Below are positions 54,775 to 64,000 of a stretch of DNA of 64,000 nt, piece by piece. Made by a program: the position numbers and the translations under genes. The stretch's first letter is position 1; the number at the start of each line of letters is the position of its first letter. The stretch comes from Amoebidium appalachense (taxonomy: Eukaryota > Protista > Ichthyosporea). The notes beneath the pieces are model-generated. The model ran no database searches. It was not told where the DNA came from and saw only the letters and a list, made by a program, of their open reading frames with translations. Location of the stretch: positions 8,557,794-8,621,793 of the forward strand of contig CAVNZM010000010.1 of NCBI GenBank assembly GCA_963693365.1, read 5' to 3'.

Positions 54775-56148
54775 CGGTTTAAGATGACTATCCTAGATCA
54801 CCTTGGGGGTTTACGCTGTTTACTCGAGGCAAAGTAAATTAATGCTGCACAGTATGATATTGTGATCCGGTGCCTTAATTCTTTCGGAGCTACCGATGCT
54901 AGCCTCTGCTTACCCATAATATGTAATAGGGGTGTCATTATACAGTACCTGCACATATCGCTTTCACGAAACTAATACGCACCCCGGAATATTTTAATTG
55001 GATAAGAGGTCCGAAAAGCCGGTCGGATTGGGTCGAAAATAGATCCAGTGATTTAAGTAGGTACAAATCAGGAGGTTGAATCGCCGATTTTTGGGAAAAA
55101 ATTATACAGTACCTGCACATATGCCTCCACCGAATTTTTCCCAATTACAAGATGGTGGAGGGACGGAATATCCGTCGATAAGATAAAGGGGTGTGCCGCG
55201 TATAAGATGTGTGCGCAAAAATACCTACCAGTCCGATAGTTTGTCTGTATTTTTTGTTTTTTTCTCAGAGGGAAAACATCCACCCTCAAAGAAATGCCAC
55301 GAAAAGTGAAGAGCCGTAGAAGTGGTTTACGTGTTTTATACAGATTTGGAAAGCGATGATTGGATGTTATATCTAACTGTGATATGTAAACAATGGGAAT
55401 GATGGTAGTAATTCCTGGGATATAACTAATATAGTATTTGGAAACAACTGTGAGATTTGAAAAGGGAATTATTAGCTTCATTGTGTAAACCAATACTACA
55501 GGAACGTCTGCTATTTCTTTTTTTACGCTACGGAGACAGTACCTTCAAAAATGTATACGCAACAAATTGAGATCATATGATGGGAGCTAATCAAAATGTT
55601 TCGTGCACAAACGTTTTAGCCATTTGTGATAGATGGCGAATGGGAGGTTACACCAAGTTTTCAATGAAATGACGAAGAAGGTAAAAGGGCAGAATAATTA
55701 CGGATGTTGATGCAGAATACGACAATAAACCTTTTGTGGTATATAGTGGTAACAAAAGGCTGTTTATATACATATTATTTCCAGTATTTAGGCTTCTTCA
55801 GAATCATAGTAGTGCAGTTCGTAGCCAATCAAAATATTCAGCCTCTGGACGGTTGTGCCGAAATTTCAAGTTCTTTTAGATATGCCTGGAAATTGATTTC
55901 TCCTAGTTTGAATGAGAGCGAATCAAGAGACATACAGTGATAGTCTCCAGTTGGAATTTCGCACGAATAAATCGAGTGCCGCATTGCCGGGAACTGGCAC
56001 ATATACTATGTACGATGGCGCTCATTGTTGCCTAGCATGTACATATGTCACTGGCTGCATTTGATTGGCTGCGCTGGAAAACGCAGTAGGCCGTCGAATG
56101 TGGCTGGGCCTCTGGCAGTGTCCACGCAATAAAACGTGTGTAAACCCC
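54775..56148 (+). mobile_element. 5'-truncated 3' end of the LINE seen at 60943-62954, split by an AT-rich insertion (about 54938-56003)
   Basis: 54775-54937 matches 62635-62766. 56011-56148 matches 62772-62797 plus 62842-62953. Ends AATAAAACGTGTGTAAACCCC. Confidence 0.7.
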
Positions 56149-57838
56149 GCCGCGGCGGCCGCCTGGCGGCCCGTGGGCCCAGATCATATCAGGGCACGGT
56201 GTGTGCGGCATGCGCGTGTGTGCGTGTTTCGTGTGCGTGTGTGTATGCATGTACATAACACACGTGTGCGTGTTTAAAACACGTGCATTGTAATAATTGT
56301 GAGTGTGCACATGAGTAGTGTACGGTGTGTGTGTGCCTCATACTGGCAGGGAGTGACAGGCATGCGCATTGCGCGCGCACGCACGCCACCACAAAAAATC
56401 GATCCTATCCGTACGGGGCCGGGGGTAGGCCGTTGCAAATATATCCCGAATATCTCTTGGTATTCTGGGGCCAATTCGATATTATATATGATAAATCTTG
56501 TGATAATCAGGGGTAAGGCAAGATATATAATATGATATTCAGGGGACCGACCAAAAAATGATATATCATAAATATCTTTCAGGGCAGGATATATAACGGC
56601 TTTAAAAACGAGATATATCCCTTGTTTTCAATAAATTATTATGTGAAAAACTTAACAAAAAGTTACAGAAAATTCTTATTGGTTACTTGCTGCACTACCC
56701 AATCTGTTTTGTAGCCTAAAAAAGGTTTAGGCCTATTGTAGAAGCGACCGGATTGCCTCGGATTGCCTTTGATTGACAATCTTGGGGTGTATTACTCTCT
56801 GATCGGATCTCACCAATAGCCGAAATCGGATCAAATTCCCGTTTATTTCCTTATTTGTGTTAATATTAAGATATTTTTCGTGATATTTAGGGCGAAAAAA
56901 ACGGGATATTTCGACTTGATATTCAGGTCGAAGTCGAGATGCCTTTGATATATCCCATGACTCGGATATTCAGGTTCGTCCTTTTCCTGACCGTGCTCGT
57001 GTCCTCGCCTACCTTCTTCGAAAGCACCTTGTCCGTCTTCCTCGCGTTTTTGCCAACCACGCGACTGACTTGGGTGCCTCGTTTTAGGACTCCACCCTTC
57101 AAGTAATTTCCCCACCCGATTCCTTACGGCGTAGTTCGGACCATTCCCCTGTAGAATTTTCGGTTTCCTTCCCTGTTCACTTCGGCGGGGCTATTCAGAC
57201 TAACCGCCGCCTCTTATCTCGCGGTTTCAGGCACAAGTTAAACCAGTTACTCGCCGTCAAGGAGTATGAGTCGGTTCATGGCTTCTTTCTTGCCGCAGTG
57301 CGCGACGCCCGTGCGCAGCGGAACCCGGCTATTTTGGAGGTCTGTTATTATGAGTTTGTTGAGTTTCTATTTGCCCTTGGCGAGCAGGTGGTGGGCACAG
57401 TCACGAGTACCCTTCTGTTCGGCTGAGACAGTCTCACGTTTTGCAGTCCCTACGACAGTTGTTGCCTCTACAGGAAGCATTATCGGTTTCAAAATCCGCC
57501 GGTCGGTTTGGGCCTTCCGTGCAAGTCTATGCTCCGTCTCCTTCCATCTCCGTCGCTGAATCCGTTGACGACTATTCAGTGCTTCCTTATTTTCGCTTCC
57601 TAACGTGTCCACGGTTCCATCACCGCCCGCTGGCTTCTCCCAGCCGCCGAGTTGGGAGCCGGACCGATCGTTCCCGGGCACTTTTCACAGTTATTTTAAC
57701 TCTTCGGCTGTTTTTGGTGCTAAACGGGCGTTAAAACCCCGCAAAGCGTGCGGGCCGGATGCTCTTCCTCCCGTGCTTTTCAATGGTTCGTTTTTAAACG
57801 GGTTTCCTTGAGGATCGGCCGCAGCCACGACGACGAAG

Positions 57839-58115
57839 TGACATGTGGAATTTGAACTGCCAGCTACTTTGCATTCCGGTTGGTTAGTCTCTAGTTACTG
57901 TATGGCTTAGCCAATCAGTTCTCTGTACGTAAATGTAAGTGCAATGATTGGTCCTGTTTAAGTGTAGCCATATTTGGTCTTTACATTCCCCTGTAGCCAA
58001 TCAGATGTTGTGAGCCATATCCTGGCGTGTATATAAACCGCTAGCCCGCAGATTCGTAGGCCTCTGACATATACTAATCCGTCTCAGCAGATCATCCTAA
58101 GTCTACGATCAAGAT

Positions 58116-58148
<33 letters not shown>

Positions 58149-59178
58149 CCGGGTCCACAGATCATCAAGTCTATCAAGTCCGGGGCCTCAAGATCAGCTG
58201 TACAGCTGCGGGCATCTTGCCTCTGCCGGCGCAGGGCAGGACCACTGCGTCAGCTGGAGCTGCAGCCGACCAATAGGATTAGAAATAGTGTGTAGGATAG
58301 ATCGTACTAGGATGACTTTGGAATGTATTAAGTTCGGGCAGAAGCCCTTATAAATTTTGGCAAGTTCCGATAGTGCTGTCTGCCAAATGTATGTATGTAT
58401 TGTAGTACAGTAAAGAGTAGAGGGGGGGGGAGGGGGGGGGGAGATTAGTATGAAATGTAGATTTAGACTCTGCGGTGCCACTAGGGGAAGGGAGAGGGGA
58501 GAGACGATGATATTTATATTAGTGTGAGCCGATCGACTTAGCTCGTGCAGGCGCACGATAGAGTTCCTTAGATCGGAATGTATGGAATGTGGCATCGTAG
58601 GGGGCCAGGTGATGATGATCTTTGAGGGCACGGCCTTGATGGCCTCAGTTGTGACTTAGCTGGAATCCGTTCGGATCTCAGTTTGCCCGTCGGAGCCTGG
58701 TCTATAATAACTGGTCTATAATAAACTTTACCGTTTTTCGTATACGATCGTTCCTTTCCGTGTGCCGGGTACCCTTAGTAGAGTGCTGCGTCTCTTAGTA
58801 CACACACGTTAGGATACGACAGCCTCTCTGAGTCAGTCGCTGGCACTGCTCCTGAGCAGAATGTGTCCTTAGTCTAGCAAGTTGGCAGGGCCTCCTGAGG
58901 CCCGTAAACGGTTGTTTTCTCTTAGTCAAGTATATTGTTTTTCCCGCCCACCCTCCCTTGAGTGGCTGTGGTGATGGCCTGCCATCTAAAGTGTGTCTCC
59001 TTGGAGAGCACACATCATGATGAAAGTTTGTGTGTGCAGCCTAGGCAGCTACACACGACACTGCGAGTAATCTCAGGCTATCCCCTTGCTGGGGCGAGTA
59101 AAGAGTGACGGCACAAGAAGGTTCTTTCTCCCGTGCTTCCGCCCCGTAATCGTGCAGAGCCCACCCCCCTGCCTGTCA
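57839..59178 (+). mobile_element. Possible older LTR-like, promoter-bearing segment hosting solo LTR A
   Basis: TGACA...TGTCA ends. Three CCAAT/ATTGG boxes followed by TATATAAA at about 58030. No TSD found. Confidence 0.3.
58065..58821 (-). mobile_element. Solo LTR A
   Basis: TG...CA termini, 5-bp TSD GCCTC (58060-58064, 58822-58826), reverse-complement homolog of 61044-61755. Strand is relative only. Confidence 0.85.
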
Positions 59179-60146
59179 TGTGCTGAGCTGATTCATAGTA
59201 ATAATTAGTCTGCTTCTATATTTTTGTGTTTTGGTGAGTGAATTTCGGGGGTTCACTAGTAAATTGTCGTTAAACTTTAATAATTATTGGTCACTAGTAA
59301 ATTGTCGTTAACTTAGAGGCTTTAATTATTGATCATGACGAACAATATTCCTACGTTTTTTGTAGGCTGACGTATAAAAATGTACACTATAGTCGCAAAA
59401 CGGAACCGTTTGCAAGTATGTTGATTACTATACCATAGAACCGTTTGCAGTTTATCCAAATTTAAATATAATGGATTTTTTCATGGACTTCACTTTCACT
59501 TCGATCTCTTAGCTGTCACGTCAACTTTTTTTCCCGATTCTTCACCATGGCAGGTATATAAAGGCTTTCGTTTCTTCTTTTTGTGGTGGGAGGGGGTCCC
59601 ACTCAGGGGAACGTAACTGCAGCGTGTGTGTGGTGTGCCAGTGTGTCGTATCACGACCTAGCGTGTATACGAACTACTCTAACTAACTGCACGCTTAAAA
59701 GGGGCTTGAAACTGTGTATACGTATGAACTTTTCTTTGAGTTGGGTGGGAGACGAGCAAACGTGTTCTGAGAAGAACTTCGAATGCCCGCGACCCCGTTA
59801 GACATTCACAGACGTAGACACGCGGCCCACTGGCCAGACAAATACCACAGTGACATTCAGCCAATCACAACACTCCCCACCCCACGGGCTACACACACTC
59901 CACACCATTGGCTACCGCCACCTCAGACCCCTACAGCACTACTAACACGTACACGACACACCTTTACTCACAATACATAGAAGCATACACACACGCGAGC
60001 AGGCAACATGGGTCTCGCCAAGCACACAGCAAGAAGCAATACACAACATATAACATGAAGGGTATGCAGAGGCAATGATGGAGTATGCACGCGCGCACCA
60101 AACTATCAGCCGCCGCTGCATCAGATTCACCCTCTTTATGCTTTCT

Positions 60147-60188
<42 letters not shown>

Positions 60189-60942
60189 ACCCCCCGATTC
60201 ACCAACGCCACTTCTGAATGTCCTCAGCCTACCCTCTTTCAACCTGAGAAGTTCTTCCTCTCGCTATCTCACTCCCTCTTTCTTTTCTCTTCCTGTTTTT
60301 TCTGCCTTTTCGAGTTATTACCACACGCAGTATAAGGTTCTTTCTCGTTCTGATAGAGAAATCAAAGGTAAAACTCAGTCGGCATGTGTTATGTTCCTTA
60401 GGCAACACCGTACTCATCATTATCGCTTTTTGGGAGCTGTGGCAGGATACATTTCTCCTGCTGTACGTATGGATACCACCCTTAGGCTAGTAGATAAGTC
60501 TGTATTGGTGCTCTGATGTTGAGATTGCCTGGGAAGTTGTGCAGTGGCGTTGTAATTTTTGTTTCCATCGCCGCTGGTGCCACTTTTGTGCTGAACTTTT
60601 TAATCGCAAGTATGTTGATAGGTGTGAGTTTTTATGTCGCGTTTTACCTCTTTCCCTACGGGCATCTGCTACACTGGCTGGCAATGTGAACACTTTGGAC
60701 TTTAAAATTTTGTTGAAATTCTGTTGGTCGTCACATTGAGTATTTATATGATTTTCACACAGTGTTCAAGTATCTCAGTATGCACTTGTTACTGGATAAC
60801 TCGTGAAGTTTTTATTGTCTTCTCAGTCCGTGCATACTTGCATATCTTTCCGTCGAATAAATCCAGTCAAAAGAAAAAAATGATATTCAGGGGCCTTTAA
60901 GATATTTTCAAATGATATTCAGGGGCTTTTGCCGGGTAATAC

Positions 60943-62954
60943 ATTCGTGTGGTTGAACATTGGTGCCAGCGCAACGATATGCAGATTAATGTCAAAAAGT
61001 GTGCCCTTTTATCAAAATCGATATCGGCATGGGACGACGTTTGTGTTGTATCCTAACGTGTATGTATTAAGAGACGCGGCACTCTTCTAAGGGTACACAC
61101 ACGGAAAGGAACGAACGTGTACTGAAAAACGGTAAAGTTTATTAAGACCAGGCTCCGACGGGTAAACTTAGATCCGAACGGAATGAAGCTAAGTCACAAC
61201 TGAGGCCATCAAGGCCGTGCCCTACAAGATCATCATCACCTGGCCCCCTACGATGCCACATTCCGTACATTCCGATCTAACTTTATCGTGCGCCTGCACG
61301 AGCTAAGTCGATCGGCTCACACTAATATATTTATCTAAGTCTCATCCCTCTCCCTTCCCCTAGTGGCACCGCAGAGTCTAATTCTACATTTCATACTATC
61401 TCCCCCCCCCTCCCTCCCCCCTTTCCTCTGTCATCGAAATATATAAATACGTTTGGCAGCATACACTATCAAAACTTGCCAGTATTTACAAAGGGCTTCT
61501 GCCCGAACTTATCACATTCCACTCCTATGATCTATCCTACACACTAATTAGAATTCTATTGGTTGGCTGCCCCGGCTGACGTGGTCCTGTCCTGCTGGCT
61601 CCGACGGGCAAGATGCACGCAGCTGTACAGCTATCTTGAGGCCCCGGACTTGATCTTGATGATCTGTGGACCCGGGCCACCCCCCCCCCCCCCCCCCCCC
61701 CCGGATCTCGATCGTAGACTTAGGCTGATCTGCTGAGACGGATTAGTATATGTCAGTTTGCATTTTCGGCAGTCCCCTCCCTCGCCCAATCGAATACAAG
61801 TATTTGGGGATTCCGGCGGACGAATGAGGCATATGTTTCAAACGGATGATCGACCATCGGGTGGAGGATGCAGGCAGGTGTCTTCGGTTATTTAGGGATG
61901 TGTATCTTGCTACTCTTTCTCATACTGTCCACCAATACAATCGTCTTAGTATATTTCGTACATATATTCGCCCTTTGTCTGAATACGGGTTGCCCTTACT
62001 AGCTATGGCACCCCCTGATACTGTTACTAAGGTCCTCAAATCAATAGATGATTTCCACTACACAACCAATGTACGTTTCTCACTGGTCTTTCCACACCTA
62101 TCCCTAGACGCCTTTTTGATTCTCTCTACGCACTCACACCACCATCACAACGCGTACACGAATTAGCCCTTAAATTTCACGAGCACATCACCCGCCTGTC
62201 CGCTTGCCGCCCCGGACCACCCGCTCTTCCGGCTACACGCATCCCCGCCGGACTCGCCCCTCTACCTCTTCCCTTCCCCATCGTCTCTCTGCCCATTGCC
62301 GTGCGTTATGTGGAATGGCTGGCGACCCCACCGGAGGTACGGCTAGATCATAGTGTGAATATGAATAGTTTCAAGTCTATGGCTGATAGATATCTTTTTT
62401 CTCTACGTGTTGAGTCCCTTCCGGTGTTAGGACCGCAAAAACACCAACTACTAGTAGCCTATATGGCGGATACGGTTAGAGAGTCTCGTTCATACATAGA
62501 TACGTTTATTCGTAATGTGGTGTGGTGTAAAAACGCAAAGATGATTATGGCTTGGCAGTGTAATCGGTTTCTGGTGTCTCCTGCTCGTATGTGTAATATG
62601 TGTGGGGGGCGGTTCCTCTCTTCCTCAATATATCCGTTTTAAGATGACTATCCTAGATCACCTTATTAATGCTGCACAGTATGATATTGTGATCCGGTGC
62701 CTTAGCTTTCTTTCGGAGCTACCGATGCTAGCCTCTGCTTACCCATAATATGTAATAGGGGTGTCAGATACTACGATGGCGCTCATTGTTGCCTAGCTAC
62801 CTGAGACTGGTTCTCTTTGCCTCGAGTAAACAGCGTAAACCATGTACATATGTCACTGGCTGCATTTGATTGGCTGTGCTGGAAAACGCAGTAGGCCGTC
62901 GAATGTGGCTGGGCCTCTGGCAGTGTCCACGCAATAAAAAGTGTGTAAACCCCC
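60943..62954 (+). mobile_element. Degenerate 5'-truncated non-LTR retrotransposon (RT C-terminus, thumb, Cys motif, 3' UTR)
   Basis: IRVVEHWCQRNDMQINVKKCALL, then after removing LTR B: YKYLGI, RLSIFRTYIRPLSEYGLPL, CNMCGG. In-frame stops present. TAATAC on both sides (60937-60942, 62955-62960). Confidence 0.8.
61044..61755 (+). mobile_element. Solo LTR B inserted in the LINE RT
   Basis: TGTTG...TGTCA termini, 5-bp TSD GTTTG (61039-61043, 61756-61760). Confidence 0.85.
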
Positions 62955-63306
62955 TAATACTTTTGTCAGCAACATTCGATATTTTTGTGATATATCCCGA
63001 ACGATATTCAGGGCAAAAAACGGGATATTTTTGCAAGGGCCTAGCCGGGGGGCCACCCCAACCTCTGGATGGAAACTACGCACTGGCCTTTTTTTTTTTT
63101 TTTTTTTTTTTTTGTTGATGTCGCCTTCTCTGCCTTCTCTATGACCTGTGCAGCACTGTGACCATTGAAACTCGAATAGACAGCCCCAACTACAACTGAC
63201 CAGTGTCCTCGCCCAAGTGTGCACTCTCGCCCGCACCTCATCAACACAGCAGCAAGGAACCCATAGACCCACACACCACTAACCCTGCTACACTGTGCCA
63301 GCAAAC

Positions 63307-63375
63307 ATGGCAGACACGGTGGTTGCTCCCAGCGAGAAGCAGCGCAGCTTCACGTGCCCGCACTGTCGCAAGGCG
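63307..63375 (+). CDS. First coding exon of a probable C2H2 zinc-finger gene continuing beyond the window
   Basis: AAACATGG start, MADTVVAPSEKQRSFTCPHCRKA, perfect GTAAGT donor at 63376. Confidence 0.55.
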
Positions 63376-63698
63376 GTAAGTCCTCCCCCCCCCCCCCCCC
63401 CCCCCCTCCCTCCCCTTGCCCCTCACCCTCTCCCCCTCCCCCCTCCCCCCTCCTCCCCCCTCCGCCCCCCCTCCCCCCCAACCCCCCATCCCCCCACCTC
63501 CTCCCCCTCAACCTTGGTGTGCCTGACATTGCCTCCTCACCGTCGGCCCTCTTCCGCTTCCACTTTAGAGGTTGTTTTTTCATCACCTCTTCCCCCCTGT
63601 CTCTCCTTTTCTTGTTTCCAAGTGGTCACTCTACCCTTTCAGCAATAGGCAAAGGCGCCCGCAAGACTACCTGTGGCTTACACTCCGCCGAGCGCGCA

Positions 63699-63757
<59 letters not shown>

Positions 63758-64000
63758 ATGTACATAAACCTAGGCACATGCCCACACACGTACACACACA
63801 CACACGAATGCACATACACACCTGCGCACATGCATACACAAGAAAGCACACGCACACAGGCACACGAACACACACCTACCCTAAAGCACACACACACTTG
63901 TTCACTCAGTCGTTCTTGCACACCCGGAGCTTGCACAAACTTAGTCCGCCGTCTGAAATAACCCTTCTCCATGGCGCTTTATAAAAACACTGCTGATACA

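Larger units (their letters stand above)
56426..63043. mobile_element. hAT-type DNA transposon (non-autonomous) filled with nested insertions
   Basis: TIRs TAGGCCGTTGCAAATATATCCCG / CGGGATATTTTTGCAAGGGCCTA. Perfect 8-bp TSD GCCGGGGG (56418-56425, 63044-63051). Subterminal GATATTCAGG repeats near both ends and at 60880-60925. Confidence 0.8.

Noticed and set aside
58065-61755. One large element with about 750-bp terminal inverted repeats (Polinton/foldback/DIRS-like)
   Set aside because: Each arm has its own TG..CA ends and its own 5-bp TSD, so they are two solo LTRs.

Overview
Intron-rich eukaryotic genomic DNA, probably from a unicellular opisthokont. An ichthyosporean-like holozoan is my inference from protein features, not a demonstrated assignment. 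Introns are packed with poly(G)/poly(C) runs and (CA)n/(GT)n microsatellites, so nearly all long ORFs in the supplied track are artefacts. Genes I could splice by hand: the 3' part of an epsinR/CLINT1-like gene, a 12-exon hexokinase-fold gene with degenerate ATP-binding motifs, ubiquitin-RPL40, exosome subunit RRP42, a secreted Cys-rich/Thr-rich protein, a C2H2x3-ELM2-SANT-GATA regulator, a short paralog carrying only its zinc fingers, and the first exon of another zinc-finger gene. The 52-63 kb intergenic region is a transposon nest: a hAT-type element with an 8-bp TSD containing a LINE fragment and two solo LTRs, plus a MITE and a second LINE remnant beside it. The most interesting signal is a dispersed non-coding element with about 10 copies in several subfamilies. 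Its 3' end nearly always abuts a poly(C) tract, it is 5'-truncated, stacks head-to-tail, and carries a pseudoknotted RNA fold supported by compensatory changes. It resembles a C-tract-targeted Penelope-like retroelement end with an uncharacterised structured RNA.
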